From a virus (Duplodnaviria > Caudoviricetes), in IMG/VR virus record IMGVR_UViG_3300020434_000055: a DNA stretch of 64,000 nucleotides; one strand, given 5' to 3'. This document shows, piece after piece, positions 47,663 to 57,895 of the stretch. Under the pieces are notes generated by a model that saw nothing but the letters and a program-made list of their open reading frames with translations, did not search any database and had not been told where the DNA came from. The stretch's first letter is position 1, and each line of letters starts with the position of its first letter. The translations under genes and the position numbers were made by a program.

Positions 47663-49462
47663 TTAATAACTCGACCCTTTAGTTGATGTATTTAAAAAAG
47701 TATCTGGTATTGGCGTTAAGTCTTTATCATTTGTAACTGTAATTGCTCCTTCTTCTTTTTCAAACGCATCTCTATCTGTTAATGTAGTTTTAAATGCTAA
47801 TGGGTTTAAATTTTCGTGTTGATTCCAAGGTTCATGTTGTGGTGAACGTTGCACTAAAATTGGGTTTTCTTCATGCCCAGGTAATTTGTGAGTTGTAAGT
47901 GGTACAACTTCTAAAGATTTTTCAGCCTCAAGAGCCAAACCGGCTTCAGCGGCGGCAGGACCATTCATATGAATATTTGAAGCAGTTTCTATATGATCAC
48001 CACCCGACTTAATATGAGATGTTCCTCCTGATGTAATTTTTGTTTCTAAATCAGTATGAATATGAGTATTTCCACTTTCCGCAGTTAATTTATTATCTAT
48101 AACAGAAAGAACTTCAAAATTTTCTCCAGATGTAATTTTAGTTGTCTGTGTCGTATTAATATCTAATTCACCCAAAGTAGTCACTAGCATATCACCTGTT
48201 GTATGTGCTTCAAAATTTCCTGTTGTTGTAATATACATTCCATTTCCCACAAGTAAACTTGTTTCTGCATTTGATTCTAATTGTATTCTTCCTAATTTTT
48301 CTAAACTACCATCATCTTTTAAAGGACCTTTAAGTGTTTTATCTCCTGCATATTGACCACTTGCTTTAAGATTTATATTTCCTCCTGCTTCAATTGTTAC
48401 GTCTCTATCTGCTGTTAGATTAAAATCATTTTTTGTATGAAAACTTATACTATCTTCTGCAAATACATCCACTTTCCCATCAGAGCTTAATTCTACCCAA
48501 GAAGTTCCATTTGCATTACCAATATAAATTAAATCCTCAGAGTTATGAAAAAGAAGTTGGTGACCTGTTCTGGTTCTTATTCTAGTTAATTCATTATGTG
48601 GAACATCTACTTTTCCAGTTGATGGTTGATCACCTCGTTCTATATTAATATATTCAGAATGACCTTCACTTGCATTAGTTTTTCTAATAAATTTGTCATC
48701 ACCATCATCCATTACAAAGCTACTTCCACCTAATCTCGAATGAGGACGACCGTCCATTGAATCTCTATGTTTTTTATCTTTTGGTCCAGGTGTATTAATA
48801 CCAAATACAGCAGAAGGTACTTCACGTCTGGCACTTGACGTTGTTATGCCCCTTGTTTCATCTTCTAATAATCCTTGGGTTTCTAAAACAGTCTTAAAAT
48901 CTGAATTTACTGGTTTTGGAAGTCTAACATATTCTCTTACAGGATGTCCAGGCTTATTAAATGCCATTCTTATTTTATTATGTTCTCCTACAGGTAGTTT
49001 CTTTTTTTCTACATTAGTCCCATCAATATTACGAGTTGCAGTCCGACCATCTGGAACCATAAAATTCATTAATTCTTGTTGAACACATCCAATCCAATAA
49101 CCATTATTAAGTTGTCCTTCCACAAATATAACTAAAACCATATTTCCTACATCTGGTGGAACCATCCACATACCATAACTTTGTTGACTAGCTTTATATC
49201 CTGGGTTGCTTGTTAATCCTTTTTCAGATGTAGTACCATAAAAAGGATACAAATATTTTACAAAAGTTTTTTGTCCTGATCTTATTGGATTTCCTCCGTC
49301 TACACTTCTTATTAGTTCTACTTCAAGGGATCCTCCATAATTAGGATCTAAAACATTTGTAACAATTGCTTCAAATGGTCCCGAATCTCGATTTATCTTC
49401 CCTTTTTCTAATTGGTTAGAATCTCGTTTTACTATAGGTTTAAAATCATCAGCTTCAAACAT
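47663..49462 (-). CDS. Baseplate central spike, gp5/VgrG-like (OB-fold plus beta-helix)
   Basis: DPNYGGSLEV...GMWMVPPDVG..VLVIF...YWIG OB fold, followed by RTRTGH and repeated 8-residue beta-strand units; adjacent to PAAR. Confidence 0.8.
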   Translation of the reverse strand: MFEADDFKPIVKRDSNQLEKGKINRDSGPFEAIVTNVLDPNYGGSLEVELIRSVDGGNPIRSGQKTFVKYLYPFYGTTSEKGLTSNPGYKASQQSYGMWMVPPDVGNMVLVIFVEGQLNNGYWIGCVQQELMNFMVPDGRTATRNIDGTNVEKKKLPVGEHNKIRMAFNKPGHPVREYVRLPKPVNSDFKTVLETQGLLEDETRGITTSSARREVPSAVFGINTPGPKDKKHRDSMDGRPHSRLGGSSFVMDDGDDKFIRKTNASEGHSEYINIERGDQPSTGKVDVPHNELTRIRTRTGHQLLFHNSEDLIYIGNANGTSWVELSSDGKVDVFAEDSISFHTKNDFNLTADRDVTIEAGGNINLKASGQYAGDKTLKGPLKDDGSLEKLGRIQLESNAETSLLVGNGMYITTTGNFEAHTTGDMLVTTLGELDINTTQTTKITSGENFEVLSVIDNKLTAESGNTHIHTDLETKITSGGTSHIKSGGDHIETASNIHMNGPAAAEAGLALEAEKSLEVVPLTTHKLPGHEENPILVQRSPQHEPWNQHENLNPLAFKTTLTDRDAFEKEEGAITVTNDKDLTPIPDTFLNTSTKGSSY

Positions 49463-52146
49463 TATAAAAATCCTTTAATTTCTTTAACTTTTTGGTTCAT
49501 TTCATATAGTATTTGGTCCTCAGATTTCTTTTTTCCTTCAAGATCATATATTTTACCTATGTTTTCTGCTTTTTCTGAGTAAGAATATTTTTTTGGATCT
49601 ATTTTTTCTGAATTATCTTCTTTTTTAATAACTGCTTTAGTTGTCTTTTTAAGTTGTCCGACTGGTTGATTGTTTATTCTAACTAATGATAAAGTTTGTT
49701 CAAATTTACCATTAACAAATTGACTATTAACAAATATAACTCTCCATATTCCACTAAGAGCTTGTAAATTTTCTCCTTGACCACCTTTTAATGTTGATTG
49801 GTCTGAACTTGCCTTTTGAGTGGGGAAATCCATTCCTCCTTCATCATTATAATCTAATGGTGATCTAAATTCTAATACTAAACATACTTGTCCTAAAGTA
49901 AAAGGCGCTGTGTTATCATCATCTCTAAAACCTTCAGGCCTATTCCATTCGTCTGTTACAACATATTTTGCTTGATAATTGCTCAGCCCAGTATTAGGCA
50001 TCCAATAAACATCACCCATAATTTTTAGATCGCATACAGCCAAATCTACATTACTATTAAGTATCATGTCATTAAAATATCTTGCGATTCTTATAGAATT
50101 TGTTTCTGTTCCTTGACCAGTAAGACCAGCAACACTTCCATTTATTACTTGACCTCTAAATTGTCCAGAGCCTACCGCAGTACCGTCTTGGCTTACTCCA
50201 AATTGAGCTTTATCTTCCCAAATTCCTCCGGCCTTTACATTCATATGATTTTGCGGATAAGCACCGTCATCAGGTGGAACTTTTGAATAGAACGCCGCTT
50301 TAATATCAATATTAAAATCTAACACATCTTTGTTTATTCCTTTATAGAGATAGGTATATTTTTTATTACAAAGGTCTTTTAATTTTTCCATAGAATTAGC
50401 ATAATCACCTGGTGACAAAAACAAACCTTCTACTACTTCATGTTCGATTACTGAATATACATATATTTCAGGATGTCGTCCAGTTGCTTTTAAAATTGCA
50501 GAATCCGATAATTGAAATCTAGTAGGCACAATTTTAAACCAATCTACAAGACCAGTTTTTTTAAAATTAATTCTTTCTGGTAATTTTCCTGCCCATTCGC
50601 TTAATAATATTACTTGTTCTATTATAGTTGGAATAGGTGTTCCTCTTGCAAAACTAAAACTTCTTGCCTTAGGATCAAATGTTATAGCACCTCTGTTATA
50701 AGTATCAGTTTTTTTATCATATACAAGCATCACAGCTTTTCCAGCCATTGCAAATCGAACATCCGTTTGACCTTCGTCGATCTCCTGAGTTTTTTTACCC
50801 AAATTATTATAAAAAGTATTATCAGTCACTAATGGTGAATCACCTATTTCATTACCTGTAAAATTACCGTTTGAAAAATCATCTACATATTCCTTTTGAT
50901 TAAGTCTAAGTCCTGAATCATAATTAACGGAAGCATCTACACCTTTTCCAAAAAGCGATTTTACTTTTTTACCTATTTTGTATTTTCCTGCCGTAGATTT
51001 TATACCGGCTTCATATATGGTAGGAGAAATGTCCCCAGCCCATGGTTTGGCTAATTTTACTGTGGCTCCTTCAGAACCATCATGGTCCGGTGCATCATTA
51101 ATTGATTGTCCTAATAATTGATTACTTTTAGGAAAAAATATAGCAAAATCATAAGGTTTTCTTTTACCTATTTTTCCATACCCTTGTTCTGCTGTATAAA
51201 CACCAATATCTGGAGTTGGTGCAGAGTAGGTTTTTACAAATTTTACATTTAATTGTTCTTGTAAACTATTTTTACCCCATTGTAAAACTTCGCCTACAGT
51301 TCTTCCTGATAAATGAATTTCTTTTCCAATCTTTGCAATATGATTTGCAAAAATATGTTCATTATTTGCATATGCTTCTACTGAATATACTGCTCCTCCT
51401 TGATTTACAGAGAAATCCATACTCGCAACAGTGATGTGAATTATTCTTCTTAAAGGATGTATATCTTCTAATGTTAATTCTTCTTCTTGTTCACCTTTAA
51501 AATCTATTATAAGAGCATACTGGGCGTGTAAGTGACTTGTTCCTTTATATCCTCCAATATCATTATTAGCCGCTTCTGCCTTCAATTGCATTGCTTCTAA
51601 AGTTTTTCCTATGCTATAAGGTTCGTGAATTTTAAAATTTATAGCTGTTGCTTTTGAATGTCCGGTTTTTGGAGATTGACTTACATAAGCATTAACTTCT
51701 ACTTCATCTACATAAAGTTCTAATCCGTCATGAGCAGGAGCATACCCTCCTCCTGATTTGGCTATAATATGTTGGGGCGGTCGTTGTTTTAATACTGAAG
51801 GATAATTAATTTCCGTTTCTGTTAAAGCCGCAAAGGTAAAAATTGTATTAACAGCACTATACTTATGAAGAGAATTTCCTTGTAAATTATTACCTGCATT
51901 AACGTTTTTCTTTGCGCCATTTTCTTGACTTGTACTTTTAGAAGTAAAATTTTCATAAAGGGGAGCTACAAGTCCTATATCTCCTTCTGTAAGATTAGGT
52001 TTTACTACTGAAATATTACTATTAACTTTTATATTATTAAATGTTTTAAGATAAGAATTCGTACTTTGTTTTGTAGCTCTTTGAAGATTTAATCTTTCTT
52101 TTATAATGTTTGGCTCTTTACCTATTGTCCATGCTGGTTTGACCAT
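49462..52146 (-). CDS. Putative baseplate hub protein (gp27-like position)
   Basis: Lies between the LysM/gp53-like and gp5-like genes; LKIMGDVYW...G.WRVIFV.SQFVNGKFEQTLSLVR C-terminus. Confidence 0.5.
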   Translation of the reverse strand: MVKPAWTIGKEPNIIKERLNLQRATKQSTNSYLKTFNNIKVNSNISVVKPNLTEGDIGLVAPLYENFTSKSTSQENGAKKNVNAGNNLQGNSLHKYSAVNTIFTFAALTETEINYPSVLKQRPPQHIIAKSGGGYAPAHDGLELYVDEVEVNAYVSQSPKTGHSKATAINFKIHEPYSIGKTLEAMQLKAEAANNDIGGYKGTSHLHAQYALIIDFKGEQEEELTLEDIHPLRRIIHITVASMDFSVNQGGAVYSVEAYANNEHIFANHIAKIGKEIHLSGRTVGEVLQWGKNSLQEQLNVKFVKTYSAPTPDIGVYTAEQGYGKIGKRKPYDFAIFFPKSNQLLGQSINDAPDHDGSEGATVKLAKPWAGDISPTIYEAGIKSTAGKYKIGKKVKSLFGKGVDASVNYDSGLRLNQKEYVDDFSNGNFTGNEIGDSPLVTDNTFYNNLGKKTQEIDEGQTDVRFAMAGKAVMLVYDKKTDTYNRGAITFDPKARSFSFARGTPIPTIIEQVILLSEWAGKLPERINFKKTGLVDWFKIVPTRFQLSDSAILKATGRHPEIYVYSVIEHEVVEGLFLSPGDYANSMEKLKDLCNKKYTYLYKGINKDVLDFNIDIKAAFYSKVPPDDGAYPQNHMNVKAGGIWEDKAQFGVSQDGTAVGSGQFRGQVINGSVAGLTGQGTETNSIRIARYFNDMILNSNVDLAVCDLKIMGDVYWMPNTGLSNYQAKYVVTDEWNRPEGFRDDDNTAPFTLGQVCLVLEFRSPLDYNDEGGMDFPTQKASSDQSTLKGGQGENLQALSGIWRVIFVNSQFVNGKFEQTLSLVRINNQPVGQLKKTTKAVIKKEDNSEKIDPKKYSYSEKAENIGKIYDLEGKKKSEDQILYEMNQKVKEIKGFL

Positions 52147-52148
52147 AA

Positions 52149-52445
52149 TTATAGACCTAATAGTTCTCTTAATTCAGGCCCTCGAGGAATATAAATTTCT
52201 ACACCAGGTTCTAAATCAAATATTGGATCTTTTAACACATCCATATTTCTTTGAGCAAATACCCACCATAACTTTGCATTACTATAAAGGTCATGAGCTA
52301 AAAGATCAGGTCTATGATTATATTGAGGTTCTACTGTATACAAATAATCTTCAGGATGAACAGGGACAGGTCTTATTGTAAGTGTTTCAAGGTGAATATC
52401 ATTTATTTCTGTAAGATGCCAAGGACTGGTAATTGTGTAAGACAT
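52149..52445 (-). CDS. gp53-like LysM/tail-X baseplate protein
   Basis: YNHRPDLLAHDLYSNAKLWWVFAQRN..DPIFDLEPG.EIYIP. Confidence 0.8.
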   Translation of the reverse strand: MSYTITSPWHLTEINDIHLETLTIRPVPVHPEDYLYTVEPQYNHRPDLLAHDLYSNAKLWWVFAQRNMDVLKDPIFDLEPGVEIYIPRGPELRELLGL

Positions 52446-52447
52446 AA

Positions 52448-53332
52448 TTAAATAAATCCTCTTTTATTACCACTATTATAATCGCCTTTAATAAAGTCAT
52501 TAAAGTTAAATTCAGAAATTTCTTTTCTAGTATATTGTGGAACAATTGATATTGTTAATAAACTCATTGTAGGAGCATATGAAACTTTTTCTGTGTCTAT
52601 GCCTCCGTTTCCACCTGGTGCTCCAGAAAATCTACTATTTTCATAGCCACAACTAATATAGTCTACATCTGCTGGAGAATCAAATGTAAAATCTTGAACT
52701 ATTACTGGCACATTATTAAAAATATGGTCCCCATAGGCATTAAATTTTACTCTAGGAGGTGGAGAACCAGCATCTGGTGTATTCCCACCATAATGCATTT
52801 TAGTTACACATCTTAAATAATGAATACACGCCACCCAGTATCTAGCCTCCATGGCATTTTGTACATAAAATTGACCAGTGATTGTTATTCGTCCTACGCT
52901 ACTATTTTGATAAGCCCAGTATGGATAATTTGTATGAACAGGCTGTAATGAATTATATTCAGCGTGTTGTTGAATCATTACTGTTGGATTTGTAGGATAT
53001 ACAAGTCCGCCAGAATGTTCTAATGGAGCCATTAAATCTCCTTCTTGAGGAGTGTCCCACTTCGCAGGAAAACTTAATTTTACTCTCCAATCTTTTGTAC
53101 CACTTGCGTTAACAAAACTTGCACCGGCATTTGATTTTGTAATAGTAGAAATTCCATCTTTCCAATTTTTCAATGAACTATACATTCTATTAGCCTTAGA
53201 TGAAAATTTTGACATATTGATTCCATCTTTGGAAACCACGCTTGACATATCTGCTTCTGTTACTATATTAGTAAGTGCAGTTGCTTTGTTAGTAACGTGG
53301 TTTTTGAGTGTTGTAAAAATATTCTCGGCCAT
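52448..53332 (-). CDS. Tail tube initiator/baseplate protein (gp48/gp54-like)
   Basis: GLVYPTNP...Y..QNS....ITITGQF...GSPPP..KFNAYG..FNNVPVIV. Start ATG 53332 lies 10 nt after GGAG. Confidence 0.6.
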   Translation of the reverse strand: MAENIFTTLKNHVTNKATALTNIVTEADMSSVVSKDGINMSKFSSKANRMYSSLKNWKDGISTITKSNAGASFVNASGTKDWRVKLSFPAKWDTPQEGDLMAPLEHSGGLVYPTNPTVMIQQHAEYNSLQPVHTNYPYWAYQNSSVGRITITGQFYVQNAMEARYWVACIHYLRCVTKMHYGGNTPDAGSPPPRVKFNAYGDHIFNNVPVIVQDFTFDSPADVDYISCGYENSRFSGAPGGNGGIDTEKVSYAPTMSLLTISIVPQYTRKEISEFNFNDFIKGDYNSGNKRGFI

Positions 53333-53342
53333 ATGCCATAAT

Positions 53343-53360
53343 CTCCTATGCAAATATTTA
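53343..53360 (-). promoter_or_regulatory. TAAATA late promoter and GGAG SD heading the baseplate operon
   Basis: The minus strand reads TAAATATTTGCATAGGAG. Confidence 0.6.
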
Positions 53361-53361
53361 G

Positions 53362-53390
53362 TTGACAAAATTAACTACTATGTTTATACT
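53362..53390 (+). promoter_or_regulatory. Sigma70-type promoter for gp55
   Basis: TTGACA (53362-53367), 17-nt spacer, TATACT (53385-53390). Confidence 0.8.
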
Positions 53391-53411
53391 GTAGATAATT
53401 AATAATACTAC

Positions 53412-54257
53412 ATGAAAAAAGTAAATTACCTAAATAATAAGGATTTGTTGAGTGAAATACACAAATCTAAGAGTAGCTTTTGCAGTTATTCGGACCCGGA
53501 TTATGCAACTTACGACCTAATTGTCCCTAACATAGAAAAAATCAACATAAGAACTATTGCCCAAGCAAAACGTAACAAAGCAAGGCGACTAGGTGCGTTA
53601 GAATATGAAAGAAGAAAGAAAATTAATCCAAAAGTTAGATATAGCGATTGTGAAATAGGTTATCAAAAAATTTTAAAAAAAGACTTGGTATTTAGAGTAA
53701 TGACCTATGACCATGTACCAGATGAAATAGGACGTAGAAGAAATCCTAGAAGTGTTGCAGATCGAAAAACCAAAGTTAATTTTCCACCTTTTCAACATTG
53801 GAAATTTAATAAAAATGAGAATTTAGTATGCATAGGTAAAAGCCATTGGGAGGGAGGACTTCACAATGGTAAATTTAATAAAGGCATAGGTCAAGTTACT
53901 AATAGATTGGCCATGATGTGGATGAAACTTTGTGAACGTTATGCTACTAGAGGTAATGTAAGAGGATATACTTACAACGATGAAATGCAAGGTCAAGCTA
54001 TATTACAATTAGCACAAATTGGTTTACAATTTGATGAATCAAAATCAAATAATCCTTTTGCATATTACACAGCCGCAGTAACAAATTCTTTTGTCAGAAT
54101 TATTAATATCGAAAAAAGAAATCAAAACATTCGAGATGACATAATGGAAATGAATAATATGATGCCTAGCAGTACTAGGCAGGCACAAGCTACTAATACA
54201 GTACCCGGAGTACCACCTCAACCAACTCCTACAAAGAAACCGGTTAAAAAAAAATAG
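53412..54257 (+). CDS. gp55: T4 gp55-like late-transcription sigma factor
   Basis: YLNNKDLLSEI...RGYTYNDEM...QFDESKSNNPFAYYT...F.RI...EK; upstream of gp47/gp46 as in T4-like phages. Confidence 0.9.
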   Translation: MKKVNYLNNKDLLSEIHKSKSSFCSYSDPDYATYDLIVPNIEKINIRTIAQAKRNKARRLGALEYERRKKINPKVRYSDCEIGYQKILKKDLVFRVMTYDHVPDEIGRRRNPRSVADRKTKVNFPPFQHWKFNKNENLVCIGKSHWEGGLHNGKFNKGIGQVTNRLAMMWMKLCERYATRGNVRGYTYNDEMQGQAILQLAQIGLQFDESKSNNPFAYYTAAVTNSFVRIINIEKRNQNIRDDIMEMNNMMPSSTRQAQATNTVPGVPPQPTPTKKPVKKK

Positions 54258-54265
54258 CATTAAGG

Positions 54266-54294
54266 TTGACATAAAAATAAATTTAGTTTAAACT
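54266..54294 (+). promoter_or_regulatory. Sigma70-type promoter for gp47-gp46
   Basis: TTGACA (54266-54271), 17-nt spacer, TAAACT (54289-54294). Confidence 0.7.
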
Positions 54295-54326
54295 AAAGAG
54301 CAAACTAAAATCGCAGGAGAAGTGAC

Positions 54327-55331
54327 TTGTTTAAAAAATTAGCAGTATTTACAGATATACATTTTGGATTAAAAACGAATTCAAAAATTCATAATAACGA
54401 TTGCGAAGAATTTATAGATTGGTATATAGAACAAGCCAAAAAACATAATTGTGAAACAGGAATGTTTTGTGGTGATTGGCATCATAATAGAAATTCTTTA
54501 AATTTAACTACTATGGACGCTTCCATAAGAAGTTTAGAAAAATTAGGAAAGGCTTTTGAAAATTTTTATTTTTTTCCTGGCAATCATGATTTATATTTTA
54601 AAGATAAACGTGATATTCATTCTGTAGAATTTGGAAAATTTATTCCCGGAGTTACAATAGTTAATGAAATAACCACAATGGGTGATGTTACAATGGTTCC
54701 TTGGATGGTAGGTAACGAATGGAAAAAAGTATGTAAAATAAAAGCCAAATATATGTTTGGTCATTTTGAATTACCTCATTTCTTAATGAATGCTATGATA
54801 GAAATGCCAGTTGCTGGAGAATTAAAAGCTACTCATTTTACAAATCAAGAATATGTATTTTCTGGTCACTTTCATAAAAGACAAGTAAAAAATAATGTAC
54901 ATTACATTGGTAATACAATGCCTCACAATTATGCAGATGTTGATGATGATGAGCGAGGAATGATGATATTAGAATGGGGCAAAGAGCCTACATATCTTAA
55001 TTGGTGGAATTGTCCAAGATATAAAAATATTAAATTAAGTGAATTATTGGACAAAACAAAAGAAATAATGAAACCAAAAATGCATTTAAGAGTAACTTTG
55101 GATGTAGATATTAGCTATGAAGAAGCAAGTTTTATTAAAGAAAATTTCATGAAAGAGTATCATTGTAGAGAAATTATATTAATACCTAGTAAGAAAGAAG
55201 AAGAGATTCAAACAGATTTAGACGTTACCAAATTTGAATCTGTGGATCAAATTGTTTCTAAAGAAATAGAAGCAATTGATTCTGACAATTATGACAAACA
55301 AGTATTATTGTCAATTTATAGAGATTTATAA
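54327..55331 (+). CDS. gp47: Recombination endonuclease, gp47/Mre11/SbcD-like
   Basis: TDIHFG, GDWHH, PGNHD, GHFE, SGHFH phosphoesterase motifs. TTG start with AGGAG SD. Confidence 0.95.
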   Translation: MFKKLAVFTDIHFGLKTNSKIHNNDCEEFIDWYIEQAKKHNCETGMFCGDWHHNRNSLNLTTMDASIRSLEKLGKAFENFYFFPGNHDLYFKDKRDIHSVEFGKFIPGVTIVNEITTMGDVTMVPWMVGNEWKKVCKIKAKYMFGHFELPHFLMNAMIEMPVAGELKATHFTNQEYVFSGHFHKRQVKNNVHYIGNTMPHNYADVDDDERGMMILEWGKEPTYLNWWNCPRYKNIKLSELLDKTKEIMKPKMHLRVTLDVDISYEEASFIKENFMKEYHCREIILIPSKKEEEIQTDLDVTKFESVDQIVSKEIEAIDSDNYDKQVLLSIYRDL

Positions 55332-57133
55332 TGATTAAAATTAATAATCTAACTGTAAAAAATTTCATGAGTGTAGGACAACAAACTCAAGCAATAAATT
55401 TCCAACAACAATTATTAACATTAGTATTAGGAGAAAATCTTGATATGGGAGGTGATGATTCTGGAAGTAGAAATGGTACAGGTAAAACAACCATTATAAA
55501 TGCTTTGAGTTATGCATTATTTGGTGAAGCACTAACCAAAATTAGAAAAGATAATCTAGTTAATAAAACTAATAATAAAAATATGTTAGTTACATTAACA
55601 TTTGAAAAAGAATCAACGAAATACAGGGTGGAACGAGGGCGGAAACCCAACACATTGAAGTATTATGTAAATGATCAAGAACAAGAAATGTCCGAAGATG
55701 CCCAAGGAGATAGTAGAAGAACACAAGATGATATAAATCGAATGTTAGGTATTAGCTCAAGGATGTTTAAACATATTGTTGCTTTAAACACATATACACA
55801 GCCTTTTTTAAGTTTACATCATACAGAACAACAAGATATAATTGAACAATTATTAGGTATAACAATGCTGTCTGAAAAAGCGGCAATACTTAAAGAAAAA
55901 ATTAAAACAGTAAAAGAAGAAATTACTTTAGAAACTGCAAGATTAGAAGGAATTAAAATTAGTAATGAAAAAGTTGAAGAAACAATAATTTCTTTAACAC
56001 ATAAATCAAAAGCGTGGGAAACACAAAAAACAATTGATTTAAAAGATATGCAATCTACTATAAAAGAATTAGAATCTGTAGATATAGATAAAGAATTAAA
56101 ACAACATCAACAGTTGCAAGAATGGACTAAACTTAATGACAAATTGGAACAATTACAAACTGATGTTGATAATTATGAATCTACTATTGCACAATCAGAT
56201 AAAATTGCAAAAAAACTAGATAAAGACTTAGATGATTTGCACGAAGAAGCTAAATGTTATGCTTGTGGTCAGGATCTTCCTAAACAAAAAATAGAAGAAA
56301 TGCTAAAAAGTTTACAAGCAGAATATGGTGATGCAAATAGTTATGTAATAGATTTAAGTGTAAAATTAAGTAAGGTACAAACTAATATAACAAGCATAGG
56401 AAACATTGGCCCAGAGCCTAAAACATTTTATGATACAATTAATAATGCATATGAACATAGACAGCATTTAGAAAACTTAAAATCAAATCTTAAAACAAAA
56501 TATTTAGACGTTAACCCTTATAATGATCAAGTAGACGAACTTAAAAACCAGGCTGTACAAAAAATTGACTGGAATACTGCTAATGAGTTACAAACATTAA
56601 AAGAACACCAAGAGTTTTTAATGAAATTATTAACTAACAAAGATAGTTTTATTAGAAAGAAAATTATAGACCAAAATTTAGGATTCCTTAATAGTAGATT
56701 ATTACAATACCTTGATGCATTGGGTTTGCCACACATTGTTACATTTAAAAATGACTTAACTGTTGAAATAACACAATTAGGACAGGATTTAGACTTTGAT
56801 AATTTAAGTAGAGGGGAAAGAAATAGACTAATATTGGGTTTAAGTTTTGCTTTTAGAGATGTTTGGGAGAATTTATATCAACAAATTAATTTATTGTTTA
56901 TAGATGAGTTAATAGATAGTGGTATGGATGTAGCTGGAGTAGAAAGTTCTTTAGCAATTCTTAAAAAAATGAGCAGAGAAAGAAATAAAAACATATTTCT
57001 TATTAGTCATAAGGATGAATTAATAGGTCGTGTGAACAATGTACTTAAAGTAATAAAAGAAAATGGGTTTACTTCTTATGCAAATGACATAGAAGTTTAT
57101 GAATCCATTACTTCACAAGAAACAGTGGTTTAA
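55331..57133 (+). CDS. gp46: Recombination ATPase, gp46/Rad50/SbcC-like
   Basis: Walker A NGTGKTT, CYAC zinc hook, LSRGE signature, Walker B LFIDE, ISH. Confidence 0.95.
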   Translation: MIKINNLTVKNFMSVGQQTQAINFQQQLLTLVLGENLDMGGDDSGSRNGTGKTTIINALSYALFGEALTKIRKDNLVNKTNNKNMLVTLTFEKESTKYRVERGRKPNTLKYYVNDQEQEMSEDAQGDSRRTQDDINRMLGISSRMFKHIVALNTYTQPFLSLHHTEQQDIIEQLLGITMLSEKAAILKEKIKTVKEEITLETARLEGIKISNEKVEETIISLTHKSKAWETQKTIDLKDMQSTIKELESVDIDKELKQHQQLQEWTKLNDKLEQLQTDVDNYESTIAQSDKIAKKLDKDLDDLHEEAKCYACGQDLPKQKIEEMLKSLQAEYGDANSYVIDLSVKLSKVQTNITSIGNIGPEPKTFYDTINNAYEHRQHLENLKSNLKTKYLDVNPYNDQVDELKNQAVQKIDWNTANELQTLKEHQEFLMKLLTNKDSFIRKKIIDQNLGFLNSRLLQYLDALGLPHIVTFKNDLTVEITQLGQDLDFDNLSRGERNRLILGLSFAFRDVWENLYQQINLLFIDELIDSGMDVAGVESSLAILKKMSRERNKNIFLISHKDELIGRVNNVLKVIKENGFTSYANDIEVYESITSQETVV

Positions 57134-57135
57134 TT

Positions 57136-57357
57136 ATGGATGATGTACACGATAAAATAATTAAAAACGTAATAGACTATGTTAAGGCTAATGAATTGTT
57201 TCAAAAAAAGCATAGCAAAAAGCCAAAAGTAGCGGCTAGACGAGCTCTTGGCAATTTGCGTATATTAGCAAGAACTAGAAGAAAGCAAATAAAGGATGAA
57301 TATGAAAAATCATTTAAAGAGAGGAAATTATTAAGGACTATTAACAATGGCAAGTAA
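57136..57357 (+). CDS. Small basic protein, possible histone-H1/Hc1-like nucleoid protein
   Basis: 73 aa, Lys/Arg-rich; AARRALGNLRILARTRRKQI resembles the Hc1 helix ARKALxxLxKxxKxxRKxI. Confidence 0.45.
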   Translation: MDDVHDKIIKNVIDYVKANELFQKKHSKKPKVAARRALGNLRILARTRRKQIKDEYEKSFKERKLLRTINNGK

Positions 57358-57895
57358 AAGTAAAAACAAAGGAAAGTCATTTGAAAGAGAAATGGCTAAC
57401 TTTTTATCGGATTTATATCAATTATCGTTTATCAGGGTGCCATCGTCAGGGGCCTATGTTGGCGGAGCCAACGCGGTTCGCAAGGACACTTTGTCCGAAG
57501 GACAAATCCGCGGAGCGAAAAGCGACATAATACCTCCTGACACGTGGAATTACTTCAATATGGAATGTAAAAACTATGCTGACTTTCCTTTTCATCATTT
57601 ACTATGGAATAAACCTATTCCTAACTTAAACAATTGGCTGGAACAAACACTGGATTCTGCAAAAGACAACGACTTTAATATTCTAACAATGAAGTTTAAT
57701 AGAAAAGGCAGGTATGTTTGTGTTGAATCACGATTAATAGCACCAGATTATAAAAACAGACTATATACCAATAGTCATGTTCTATATAATCACGTTAAAT
57801 CTAATACTCAATGGGTTTTTACCGAATTTGATTCATTTTGGCAACTTAATAAGTCACAGGTTGCAAGACTTTCCACCCAAGGCATACAACAATAA
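57347..57895 (+). CDS. PD-(D/E)XK Holliday junction resolvase-like nuclease
   Basis: SKSKNKGKSFEREMA...RVPSSGA...SDII...MECKNY. Confidence 0.75.
   Translation: MASKSKNKGKSFEREMANFLSDLYQLSFIRVPSSGAYVGGANAVRKDTLSEGQIRGAKSDIIPPDTWNYFNMECKNYADFPFHHLLWNKPIPNLNNWLEQTLDSAKDNDFNILTMKFNRKGRYVCVESRLIAPDYKNRLYTNSHVLYNHVKSNTQWVFTEFDSFWQLNKSQVARLSTQGIQQ

Noticed and set aside
53291-53339. Out-of-frame upstream ATG giving a 16-aa peptide over the gp48/54-like start
   Set aside because: Only 3 nt from the GGAG, too close for efficient initiation; ATG 53332 has normal spacing.
54246-54254. A9 homopolymer at the end of gp55 as a slippage or phase-variation site
   Set aside because: It encodes the terminal KKK just before the stop; a length change would barely alter the protein, and such runs are expected in AT-rich DNA.
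17541-56736. Remaining small opposite-strand ORFs in the track (for example 23055-23342, 30429-30638, 48846-49082, 53052-53402, 54045-54272, 56527-56736)
   Set aside because: Shadow frames of long structural or replication genes; no independent evidence.
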